A DNA stretch of 64,000 bases, from NCBI GenBank assembly GCA_020184695.1, contig JAANOX010000095.1, forward strand, positions 124,001-188,000, read 5' to 3'. The stretch's first letter is position 1; each line of letters opens with the position of its first letter. Under the pieces are notes generated by a model. The model worked only from the letters and a program-made list of their open reading frames with translations, was not told where the DNA came from and ran no database searches. The stretch is from Histomonas meleagridis 2922-C6/04-290x (taxonomy: Eukaryota; Protista; Parabasalia). Position numbers and translations under genes: made by a program. Positions 34,674-45,235 of the stretch are shown piece by piece.

Positions 34674-36719
34674 TTGTCTGTAGCAAAAAACGACCGTTTA
34701 GAAAAATTAATTTTGAAGATCCAAGCGCCTAACAATCCTACTGTCATAAACAATGGAGACAAAAATTTGAAGAATTTATCAACCTGCTTGAAATTCTTGA
34801 TCGACCTTGAAAAAACTATATTCAATTTAACTGAAGAAAACTTCCAGGTATCCGTTAAAAAAGTATTGGAATTATTCGATGCAAATTTTGCAAATACATT
34901 TAATATTATTATGAGTAACATCGTTTATAATGCATTTTCATCACGAAAGCATGAGTTTGATATTTACTTAAATTTTTTAAAAGAACTTCAAATGAAAGAA
35001 GAAGAAATGAATCAAAATATCGATAAACTAATTTCAATTTTTATCAAACGTATATCTACAATCAACACACAAGAATCATATTATTTAATCGAGCAAATGA
35101 TTGAACAAAATTTAATTGATAAAAATATTACTAAAAATATTAGATCAAAATATTTTGCTCATTATAAAACAGAAAAAGAAAACCAAAATCATTTTTTATT
35201 TGGATCTAATGGAAATGATCCAATAAAAATATACTTTGGAGATCATTATGAAGAACTTTCAAAGAATGATTGGGAGCTCCATAAAAAATATATTAAAAAA
35301 GGAGTTAATCCAAATGAACTTGCAAAAATAATTCGAAATGATGAAATAGAAAACCTTCAAGAAATATGATCACAAACAAACTTTGATTTTAACCAAACAA
35401 TTGAACCATCACTTTATGAAAGATGTTCATTTGTTAATCAAGAAAATGTCTCATTAATTGATTATGCAGCATTTTTTTCTTCTGTTAAATGTTTTAAATA
35501 TTTACTGATAAATGGAGCAAATGTAATAAATACAGGTAAATATGCAGTTGCAGGTGGAAATGAAGAAATCATTCATTTATGTGAACAAAATCATTCAGCA
35601 TTTGAAGGTGCATATGAAGCAGCAATTGAATTCCATCAAAATGATATCTTTAAATATATTTATGAGAATAAATCAGAAAAAATACAATCAATACCGAAAA
35701 TGTCTGAAGATAAAACAAATGATTTGTTAAGTCTTTGTATAAAAAAAGATAATTATGAAATTTTGGCATTTTTGGAAGAAAAAGGAATTAATGTTAATGC
35801 TGATAATATAAACGAATCAGCAAGAAATGGAAATTTATATCTCGTTAAATATTTCCTTCAAAATAATCAAATTCCAAAAGATATTTTATTATTTGCTTCA
35901 GAATCAGGATATGTTGAACTTGTGAAATATGTTTTGGAACAAAAAGGAATTGATGTTAATGCAAAAATTATTCATTTGAATAATTTAGAATATGTTTTAA
36001 TAATTTAGAATATGTTTTAATAATTTATAATATATTTTAATAATTTGAAATATGTTTTAATAATTTTATATATGTTATAATAATTTGGAATATGTTTTAA
36101 TAATTTGAAACAGCACTTCATATAGCAGTTAGAAATAATAATATAGAAATAGTAAAATTACTTTTAGATAAAGGAATTGATGTTAATGCAAAAAGTATTC
36201 ATTTGAATAATTTAGAATATGTTTTAATAATTTAAAATATGTTTTAATAATTTGAAACAGCACTTCATATAGCAGTTAGAAATAATAATATAGAAATAGT
36301 AAAATTACTTTTAGATAAAGGAATTGATGTTAATGCAAAAAGTATTCATTTGAATAATTTAGAATATGTTTTAATAATTTAAAATATGTTTTAATAATTT
36401 GAAACAGCACTTCATATAGCAGTTAGAAATAATAATATAGAAATAGTAAAATTACTTTTAGATAAAGGAATTGATGTTAATGCAAAAAGTATTCATTTGA
36501 ATAATTTGATATATGTTATAATAATTTGGAATATGTTTTAATAATTTTATATATGTTTTAATAATTTGGAATATGTTTTAATAATTTATAATATGTTTTA
36601 ATAATTTATAATATGTTTTAATAATTTTATATATGTTTTAATAATTTGAAACAGCACTTCATATGGCAGTTAGAAATAATAATATAGAAATCACATTGGT
36701 CAATCCTTCAAAAAAGTAG
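34674..36719 (+). other. DUF3447-ankyrin gene with one premature TGA (35367-35369) and an interrupted ankyrin tail
   Basis: ORF 34674..35369 continues in frame past the TGA (IDYAAFFSSVKCFKYLL...AVAGGNEEIIHL) into 35700..36008. Modules TALHIAVRNNNIEIVKLLLDKGIDVNAKS follow at 36110, 36257 and 36404, and a terminal module at 36651, after linkers of 140, 60, 60 and 160 nt. Confidence 0.8.
35970..36650 (+). repeat. 20-nt tandem subunits (atatgttttaataattt+NNN) forming the ankyrin linkers
   Basis: 35970-36109 = 7x20, 36197-36256 = 3x20, 36344-36403 = 3x20, 36491-36650 = 8x20. Confidence 0.9.
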
Positions 36720-37635
36720 ATTGAATTTTTTTTTCGAAAAAAAATCCCTCAATTCTGAATAATTTTCTGTGATTTTATCATATATATATATATTATTATT
36801 TTTCAATGATATCCAAATGCTTTAGGTTATCTAAGAATATAATTGATTTTATATTGGGAAAAAATCCACTTTTGTAAAATTTATTCCAAAACACCGAAAT
36901 TTTATTCATATGTTGATTATATTTTTAAATAAAACCAAGACCGTTCAAATCAGAATTTTCTAAATAGTATTTTTTAATTTAGCGAAAAAATTTGTGCACG
37001 CTATTATCATCATGTTTATTGATATAGTGAAATTTCACAAATTTTTGATGAAAAGTGCATATTTCTCGGTCATTTCTTAGTATTATAATAGCTAATTAAC
37101 TTTTTTTGAATAGCTATATAGTGCCCATATAATGGGTATGTTTAACTTGATTTTTCTTTAAATTTTAATTTTCGAAAATTAAATTATCGAATTTCTTATG
37201 CATGAAATTTTTTTCAATCAAGTACATCCATTAAATAGATTACCCAAAAAGAAGCTTATCTATACAAAAAAGTTAATCAAAACGACTCAGATATCAAGTA
37301 ATGGTTGATTTTATGAGGATTTACGACCTCTTGGAAAAGAAGAATTATGTTTCTAAATAGTTGTATATAGGAAATCAGAGGCTGGCAAAATATTCACCAT
37401 TACTAACATAACTCGGTAAAAAATAATTCTCGAAATTTTGGTGAATTCACCAGAAACAATTTGGGTCATTTTGAATACTTTTTCCTTCTACCAAAAAAAC
37501 AAAAAAATCATTACTATCATTAATTTTGCACATGCACTTTAGCAAATAGTTATTCGAATGTTTATTTGATAGAGGCCGTTTATTAATTATCAATTTACGA
37601 TAAATTTTGAATATTTGGTGAAAAAACATTTCATT

Positions 37636-37642
37636 TCATTTT
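37636..37642 (+). promoter_or_regulatory. Trichomonad initiator (Inr)-like motif TCATTTT
   Basis: TCATTTT ends 6 nt before the ATG at 37649; TCA(Y)TTT-type Inr close to the ATG is the established trichomonad core promoter. Confidence 0.5.
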
Positions 37643-37648
37643 TTCAAC

Positions 37649-38500
37649 ATGTTAACGACAAAATTGAACAATGGTGTTGAGATACCTTTACTTGGTTTTG
37701 GTGTATATCAAGTACCAGATCACAAACAATGTAAAAAAGTTGTTCTTGAAGCTATAAAAGCAGGCTATCGATTGATTGATACTGCTGCTGCATATGGTAA
37801 TGAAGAAGCAGTTGGAGAAGCAATAAGAGAATCAGGTGTTCCACGTGAAGAACTTTTCATTACTACCAAATTATGGGTTCAAGATCACGGATATGAAAAA
37901 ACTAAGAAAGCATTTGAAACATCATTAAAGAAACTCGGCCTTGAATACATTGATCTCTACTTAATTCACCAAGCATTCGGTGATTACTATGGATCATGGA
38001 GAGCTATGACCGAATTATATGAAGAAGGAAAAATACGTGCAATTGGTGTTTCAAACTTCTATCCAGACCGTCTTCAGGACTTAGTTATGAATAACAAAGT
38101 TGTTCCTGCTGTCAATCAAGTTGAATGTCATCCATTCTACCAAAAGACAGATGCCATCAAGCATATGGAAGAATTAGGCGTCAAGTGTGAGGCATGGGGA
38201 CCATTCGCAGAAGCTGGTAGAGGTATCTTTGAGAATAAGGTTTTGGTCGATATTGCAAAGAAACATGGAAAAACTGTTGCTCAAGTTATTCTCAGATGGA
38301 ATGTACAACGTGACGTAATTGTCATTCCAAAATCTGTTCATAAGGAGCGAATTATCGAAAACTTCAACATTTGGGATTTCCAATTAGACCAAGAAGACAT
38401 GGATGCGATTGCTACTTTAGATACTGCTAAGAGTACAATCATCGACCATTATGATCTTGGAATAATAAGATTCATTAATAATTCAAAAATCCATGATTAA
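37649..38500 (+). CDS. Aldo/keto reductase (2,5-diketo-D-gluconate reductase-like), bacterial-type
   Basis: 283 aa; LNNGVEIPLLGFGVYQ, IDTAAAYGNE (catalytic D,Y), LFITTKLW (K), DLYLIHQ (H), RAIGVSNF, VIPKSVHKERI. Confidence 0.95.
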   Translation: MLTTKLNNGVEIPLLGFGVYQVPDHKQCKKVVLEAIKAGYRLIDTAAAYGNEEAVGEAIRESGVPREELFITTKLWVQDHGYEKTKKAFETSLKKLGLEYIDLYLIHQAFGDYYGSWRAMTELYEEGKIRAIGVSNFYPDRLQDLVMNNKVVPAVNQVECHPFYQKTDAIKHMEELGVKCEAWGPFAEAGRGIFENKVLVDIAKKHGKTVAQVILRWNVQRDVIVIPKSVHKERIIENFNIWDFQLDQEDMDAIATLDTAKSTIIDHYDLGIIRFINNSKIHD

Positions 38501-38839
38501 ACTTCTTTACTTTGATTTATTTTTGTTTGCTATGAATGGTGGAGATTATTTGGTCATCATTTATTTCTCTTTTTACAATTTTTATTATCTGAAATATTTT
38601 TTTTTAGTTCTTTTTTCGTTAACCTTTTTTTTCATATGATTGGTACTGAATCTATTTGTTAATAATCCATTAAAGATCGAAGATAAATTTAACGGCATGT
38701 TGAAAATATCCAAATCACAATTCAGCCGGATTGTTTTTTTGATTGAAAAGTATTTTTCTTTGAAATATTCTTTACAACACTCAAATGAGATGATAAACGT
38801 TTTACAAATTCGGTTATTTGACAACGGCAATTTGGAAGA

Positions 38840-40576
38840 ATGTCAAATTCTCCAAATTTCGAAGCTATCCTCATATTCCAGCAGCCTGCTTATGATGCCA
38901 AATGTAGTGCTCCTAATAAGGGAGGGTTTTGCTTGTCGAAATTGGAAAACACTCACTTTTTATCATGGATACCAATTAATGATTCAAATGGAGGCTTCTC
39001 ACGGATAATTACAAAGATCCCATCACAACCAATTTCTACTGAATTCAAAGATAATTCGATATTAAAATTTGAAGTTTCAACAATCAAAACATTTTCTTTT
39101 GAAGTTTCAACAATCAAAGAAGAACACCATCATGTAAAAATAACTATTGAGATTGATGGCATTCAAGGAAGTCGTGTATACAAAGTTTATAAGAAAGAAT
39201 ATTTTTCATTATTTTTATTACTTCAAAAAATTGTATCCATGGGTATTGCTATTCCACAGCGCCTTGAAGACCAACGCTATTCACTTTATTTTCTTAAGAC
39301 AAAAGGCTTCACATTTAATTCCAATTTGAATTCAATGAATTTTACTGAGCTTAAAACATTTGCCGATTATTGGAATTCCTTCCTCAAAATGACAGGTGAT
39401 TTGATTGTTAGCCTTAACAAGTCTAACTCTCTTCCAAATCTTTCAATTTATCCATTTGGATTAAGTTCAAATGCAATTCATCAAGAAATTCTATCAAAAC
39501 TCAAAAAGGAGTACGCCAGAGCTCACAAAAAAGCCAGAGAACCATTGTCGGCCGAAGATTTATTTGATAAAAAAGGAAAACTTAAAGATGTAAATAATTT
39601 CAGAAAACATATTTATGATTTTGGTATCAAAAATGATGTACTAACACAAACTGTCGGATTAATGTTTGGACTTTATGACCTTAATTCCACAAGAGAAGAA
39701 CGTAAAACTCGAGATAACGAATTATATAATTATTTCAATCAGATTGGAAAACAATTGGATAACATCTGTCAGACACAGATTTCCCAGAATGCGCGTTTCC
39801 AAAAAACGTTTCGAGTCATTGATAATGATGTTGATCGAACAGATAGAACAAGTGATATCTTTAAAAGCAGAGACAAACCAGGTCTTATCATCTTAACAAA
39901 ACTTCTTCGTTCTTACCTTGTTTATAATCCTAGCGTTGGCTATTTGCAAGGCATGAATGATATCTTTGTTCCATTGATCAGACTCTTTTTTCCAGAATGG
40001 AACAGCGAGGGGCACCCCGTCAAAGGCGACCGTTTACTTACAGAAGAAGAAATCGAACAAACCAGTTCAAAAATATTTTGGCACTTTTCGTATATGCTAA
40101 GACATATTAATCATGAATATTTATTATCATCTATTGGTAGTGTATGTAATGAAATTGCTGACCAAATTAATAGCATTTTGTTCAAAATTAATCCATCATT
40201 AATCATATGGCTTAAGAAGACTGAATTATCGTCTTTGTTTTTTATGTATTCGAGCTTTATTATGCTGTTTAAACGAAACACAGATAACTTATGGAGTATA
40301 TGGACAAGAATTCATTGTTCTGAAGATCCAAAGCATTGGATGATATACATTTGTGCAGCTGTGATTATTTATGTGTTCCCAAATATTCCTTTGTGCGAAA
40401 CTGAACTGAATGTGAAGATAACAAAAATATATAACAGTTGCGTCCAGTCGTTCGATATGGACGAAATTGCGTTCGTTGCAAAGTGGATTTATAATGAATA
40501 TCCTATCAAAGACAACGAAAATATTGAAGAGAGAAAAATCGATAGTTTTCGGATTTTTGAAGTAAATAAGGAATAA
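38840..40576 (+). CDS. TBC-domain Rab GTPase-activating protein (TBC1D15/Gyp7-like)
   Basis: IDNDVDRTDR (IxxDxxR arginine finger) and YNPSVGYLQGMNDI (YxQ glutamine finger). Confidence 0.9.
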   Translation: MSNSPNFEAILIFQQPAYDAKCSAPNKGGFCLSKLENTHFLSWIPINDSNGGFSRIITKIPSQPISTEFKDNSILKFEVSTIKTFSFEVSTIKEEHHHVKITIEIDGIQGSRVYKVYKKEYFSLFLLLQKIVSMGIAIPQRLEDQRYSLYFLKTKGFTFNSNLNSMNFTELKTFADYWNSFLKMTGDLIVSLNKSNSLPNLSIYPFGLSSNAIHQEILSKLKKEYARAHKKAREPLSAEDLFDKKGKLKDVNNFRKHIYDFGIKNDVLTQTVGLMFGLYDLNSTREERKTRDNELYNYFNQIGKQLDNICQTQISQNARFQKTFRVIDNDVDRTDRTSDIFKSRDKPGLIILTKLLRSYLVYNPSVGYLQGMNDIFVPLIRLFFPEWNSEGHPVKGDRLLTEEEIEQTSSKIFWHFSYMLRHINHEYLLSSIGSVCNEIADQINSILFKINPSLIIWLKKTELSSLFFMYSSFIMLFKRNTDNLWSIWTRIHCSEDPKHWMIYICAAVIIYVFPNIPLCETELNVKITKIYNSCVQSFDMDEIAFVAKWIYNEYPIKDNENIEERKIDSFRIFEVNKE

Positions 40577-41123
40577 AATATTTTTGTGTATTTTTTTTAA
40601 TTTATATTTTTTCCTCGAATGAGAATTTATTTTATTAAGAATATTTTTTTTAATTAATAACTACAAAATAATGCACAGCTAAATATAATTTCATTGAAAA
40701 TTATCTAAATTTTTAATTTAATTCAAGATGTAAAATTCAATAATTCAATAATAGAAATTGCGTTTTGTCTATTGACACCCAATTGTATTACTCATCTAAG
40801 AAAATATTATGAAATGATTGCGGAATTTGAAGTTTAAATCTCATTTAAAATTATTTGACACCTAAACAATTCTCAGAAAAATCCTCTGAAAAAGTAATTT
40901 TTTTTCGAACGACAATTTTTAAATGGTTTATGTATCGATCGAAATTATATTTATAAACAAGTCAAAAAGTCGCATTTTTGTTTGCATGCTTACAACTTTT
41001 TGGGTAAAATGTTGGCCAAGTAAAAAATTCTGAGAATTAGAGGATGATTGATAAAGCATAAATCATACAAATTGAATTGTATTTAACCGTTGCTGTTGCA
41101 TTAACCGGTTCAAAAAAGTCCAA

Positions 41124-43829
41124 ATGACGGACGATATTCCACTCCAACAGATATTGGCTCCAATCAGCCAATTCAGAGTTGCTTTGTCGGACTTCAAGAA
41201 AGAAGTTTCGATTGGTAAAGGAGCTTATTCTGAAGTTTTTCTAGCTACACATATCCCAACTCAAATTAAGACTGCTCTTAAGGTGTTAACAGCTAAAAAA
41301 CTTGAAGGCTCCGCAAAGACATACTTTGTTCGTGAAGTTATGATTTTGGCTTCATGTAGGAATCCATTTCTTTTGCAATTAATGGGATTCACTGACACTT
41401 ATCCATATTGCATTGTTTCTCAATACGTTGAATCAGGTTCCCTTTACGATGCCCTTAAACATAAGCCAGGATCACCAGAACTAAGTAATACTGATAAATC
41501 AATTATCGCAATGTGCGTTGCATATGGAATGAATGCACTTCACCAACAAAAGATCATTCATAGAGATTTGAAATCTCTTAATATATTGCTTGATTCTAAC
41601 TGTTTACCAAAGATCATTGATTTCGGTATTTCAAGATTCCATGGTGAAGAAGGTGAATTAGTTACTTCAACAATCGGTACACCACATTGGATGGCTCCAG
41701 AAATGTTCAACTCCACTCATTATGACTCAAAAGTCGATGTCTATTCATATGGAATTTTGTTATGGGAAATGCTTACCGAAGCCACTCCATTTGATGGCAT
41801 GTCAGCCTTTCAAATCATGGCTGCTGTTTGTCAAAAAGGCCAACGTCCAGATATTCCAGAATCAACACCTAAAGAATTAACAGCCCTTATAGAAGCCTGT
41901 TGGTCTCAAGACCCAGCTCAGCGTCCAACATTCGACCAAATTTACCAAGCCTTTAGTACATGTTCAGTATCATTTGCAAATACTGATCCATCCAAAGTCG
42001 AAGTTTTAGCCAACTATATTGTACAATTCGAAGAGGCATCAATTGGACAACAAGTTCAAGTTGAAATTCCAGATGAACCAATTCCAGAACAACCTCAAGA
42101 AGAAATGAAAATGTCACGTCGTCATGGCCACAAGAAGCACGACTCTCGTCCACCACTTCCTGACAAAGACAAAGGTGAAAAATCACATCATTCAAGAAGA
42201 TCAAGTATTCAAGCATCAGCACCCAAACCAACCTCAGGTGGCTCAGGTGCCCAAACCAGGTCTGACTCGGGCCATTTCAGTGAGCGTAAGAGCAAACAAC
42301 GTCAAACATTTAGCATCAAGACTCCTAAAAGGAAATATCATATGTCAGACTCATCCAACAATGACAAATACTATGACTCATCAAACTATAGCCATCATGG
42401 TGGCGAAGATGACAAGCCAGCCGTTGCAGTCCCACTTGAAAAACTCGAAAGCCCCAAGAGCCACGGTTATAAACGTGCTCTCAAAGCCATCGTTGCTCAG
42501 TTAACGGTCGACAAGGGGCCCCAATTTTTCAAATACATTAATAGTAATTTGTTATCACAAGAAATCTCAGAACGTACACGTGCCCTTATAATGAAGCAGC
42601 TTGTCAAATTAATTAAGCGAGAACCCGATTTTGCCCAAGATTTAGTTGATTCAAATTGTATTAATGTCTTTCCATTTAATGTACCAGCAGCAATTGGAGA
42701 TATTATCCAATTATTAATATACATTGCACAAATTGCACCAGAAACTATACCACTTGATTCATTACGAGTAATTTTATCATCAGCACAAGGAAATGAAAAG
42801 AAACTTGTCACATTATTAGCAGTCTTCAATAACACTATGTCTGATGATCAATCATTTGTCTCTATAGTTCAATCATATGTGATGAGTTCACAACAATTTT
42901 TAGCATCTGATCAAGCAGCTACATATCTTAATATCTTATATTCGATATATATTAATAATCAATCATTTTCATTTGTTTCACAAGCATTTGCTACAGCTTT
43001 GAAGAGTGAAGATCCAAATATCATTCGATTAAGTTATTTCGGATTATGTAACATGCAATTTAACCAAAAGATTTTACCATTAGAATTAATTGTTACACAT
43101 TTCGATATGTTTCCATATGAAGCCACATCATTAATTGCTCGAATGGCTTCAATCCCCAACAGTACTCGTTTAATTAATGGCTTATTAAAGGCTGCGAACA
43201 CTACTCCAGTTGCTGTCTACCTGCTGTGTAAAATCGCTGACTCTTCTAAAGGCGCGCAATTGCTCATTAACAATCCCGAGTGGTTAACATCAAACATCAT
43301 TGATGTGAATTATCAATTGAGAATTTTCCTCTCAATTTTCGTGCATCAAGAATTGAGAGCAGCGTTAATTCAATTACCGAATTTAATTGAGATGTTTACA
43401 AACGTCGTAGAATTATGTCCGTACGATTCAATTCAGGCTATCGTAACGGTCATAAGGAGGTTATCAACACAAATCCCAGAGTTCATTGTCTACTTAAGCC
43501 AAACTGGATTCTTGTCAATGTTCTTCCAAAACTCGTTCGGACAATATAACCCTGAAATGACAAGAATTGGTCTGTTGTTGTTGGATAACTTAATTAGAGT
43601 AAGTTACTTGGAGGATTACTTGGACGTAATTCCGTACTTCCCAACAATATTACAAATGGATCAACAAATACAAGCTTCCGCAGTGTGCACTTTGGTGGTG
43701 TTGAGTCAATATGAACAAACGAATGAACTTTTGAAGAGTTACCATATACCTGAGATAGTCGCAAAGCTGAAGCTGCCACAGAAGTACGAGCAGTACCAAA
43801 AGGATTTCATTGAACACTTCAAAAAATGA
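41124..43829 (+). CDS. TKL-family protein kinase with a C-terminal ARM/HEAT-like region
   Basis: IGKGAYSEV, ALKVL, HRDLKSLNILL, DFG, GTPHWMAPE, DVYSYGILLWEM; low-complexity linker then helical repeats. Confidence 0.93.
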   Translation: MTDDIPLQQILAPISQFRVALSDFKKEVSIGKGAYSEVFLATHIPTQIKTALKVLTAKKLEGSAKTYFVREVMILASCRNPFLLQLMGFTDTYPYCIVSQYVESGSLYDALKHKPGSPELSNTDKSIIAMCVAYGMNALHQQKIIHRDLKSLNILLDSNCLPKIIDFGISRFHGEEGELVTSTIGTPHWMAPEMFNSTHYDSKVDVYSYGILLWEMLTEATPFDGMSAFQIMAAVCQKGQRPDIPESTPKELTALIEACWSQDPAQRPTFDQIYQAFSTCSVSFANTDPSKVEVLANYIVQFEEASIGQQVQVEIPDEPIPEQPQEEMKMSRRHGHKKHDSRPPLPDKDKGEKSHHSRRSSIQASAPKPTSGGSGAQTRSDSGHFSERKSKQRQTFSIKTPKRKYHMSDSSNNDKYYDSSNYSHHGGEDDKPAVAVPLEKLESPKSHGYKRALKAIVAQLTVDKGPQFFKYINSNLLSQEISERTRALIMKQLVKLIKREPDFAQDLVDSNCINVFPFNVPAAIGDIIQLLIYIAQIAPETIPLDSLRVILSSAQGNEKKLVTLLAVFNNTMSDDQSFVSIVQSYVMSSQQFLASDQAATYLNILYSIYINNQSFSFVSQAFATALKSEDPNIIRLSYFGLCNMQFNQKILPLELIVTHFDMFPYEATSLIARMASIPNSTRLINGLLKAANTTPVAVYLLCKIADSSKGAQLLINNPEWLTSNIIDVNYQLRIFLSIFVHQELRAALIQLPNLIEMFTNVVELCPYDSIQAIVTVIRRLSTQIPEFIVYLSQTGFLSMFFQNSFGQYNPEMTRIGLLLLDNLIRVSYLEDYLDVIPYFPTILQMDQQIQASAVCTLVVLSQYEQTNELLKSYHIPEIVAKLKLPQKYEQYQKDFIEHFKK

Positions 43830-44409
43830 TTTCGGTGAAAGAAAATTTGGGTAAAAACCATTTCACCTTTTTTTATTTTTATTTTGAACTTCCTCTGCGT
43901 CCTGTGCACATTCGGAAGTATCTGATAACGACAGCACAGCAATGACATTTGCAACGCTCTTTATAAGGATGCGAAAATCATCTGCTTGATATTCTATGGC
44001 TTGTTTGATAGCTTATCTATGTGTGGATGTAGTGTAACTTATCAAATTTTAATAAAAATGTGTCATACGTATTTCACGAAGAACAAAATTAGCAAAGGAT
44101 CATGCACTTGGTTGATTTTGCAATCAAAATAATTTTTGAAGGAGTTGATGCTGAATGATCCAGATTTTTTCGACGAATTCAATTGAACTATATGCTTGAA
44201 GATAAATCACTCTTTAGATGGGCTATTGCTCTACAGGCACATTTGCCATTACATCAGTGGTTCAAACCCCAGTCGCTAAGGAATTGGTGGACACAAATTC
44301 AAAATTGAAAATGTTTTAAACCTTAAAGAATTAAGATTGATTTCTCTAACCATTTACTAACAAAATTCATGTTGTTTTACAAAACGTTCTGTGTGTATAT
44401 TATTTAAAA

Positions 44410-45207
44410 TTATGTTTCTGTATTTTTGTTGATACTAATTTGCAATACTCCATCATTTAAATCAGGTTCAAGTTGATTCCGTAACTCTACTAAATCTCTC
44501 CAAGAGAGGCTTTCCAAGCACGCAGGACATGTACCGCGTGTTGGAATTAGTGATGCTCCTTTTCGTGGAGATTGACTAATGAATTGTTTTGCAAGACAAC
44601 GTAAATGCAAAAAAGCTCCGCAGAAGGGGCAAATGACCCAATTTGGATGTGGGTATGGTGGAGCATCGCTGTTGACGCATAATAAACAACGATCTGGTAC
44701 ATCACATGCTGGAGATGGAGCTGTAGTGCCATGAATTGGAAGGTCCTCAAGCTTCCCAAGATATACGCTGTGGTTTTCATTAATTTTTGGAGATGAATTT
44801 AACATTTGAAGAACATCAGAACACGTGACACATATTCTAAGGGAAAGACGAACCCATGGTTTAGAGTTGAGCATCTCTTTGAATATACGAATGTGAGTTT
44901 TATAATTACGTGGACCTCCATGTGTTTGAAAAATTAAATTCCAATCAACATGCTTTAAATTTTTAGATTCAGTTGGATGTTGCCAAGTCCATTCAAAACG
45001 TAATGCATGTTTCCGTGTAGAAAAACCATATACAACAATGGTCATTTCCCAAGGACGCTTTGAATGTGTTTTAAATGCGCCTCCTACAATTTCTCCATTA
45101 TGTTGTTTGAGCCTATGTGGTGGATTTACTGTAAACCCAACATAACATGCACTTTTATATGATGGATTCTTACTTCTAAGGAGATAACATCCAGAGAAAG
45201 ATTCCAT
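44410..45207 (-). CDS. SLX1: SLX1 structure-specific endonuclease (GIY-YIG plus Cys-rich RING/PHD-like domain)
   Basis: GCYLLRS...YVGFTVNP.HRLKQHNGEI.GGA.KT..KRPWEM...ALRFEWTWQHP; C-terminal CLLC...CPFC...H..CLA...CPAC. Confidence 0.93.
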   Translation of the reverse strand: MESFSGCYLLRSKNPSYKSACYVGFTVNPPHRLKQHNGEIVGGAFKTHSKRPWEMTIVVYGFSTRKHALRFEWTWQHPTESKNLKHVDWNLIFQTHGGPRNYKTHIRIFKEMLNSKPWVRLSLRICVTCSDVLQMLNSSPKINENHSVYLGKLEDLPIHGTTAPSPACDVPDRCLLCVNSDAPPYPHPNWVICPFCGAFLHLRCLAKQFISQSPRKGASLIPTRGTCPACLESLSWRDLVELRNQLEPDLNDGVLQISINKNTET

Positions 45208-45235
45208 TTACAAACGGTCGCCTAGGAATTGTTAT

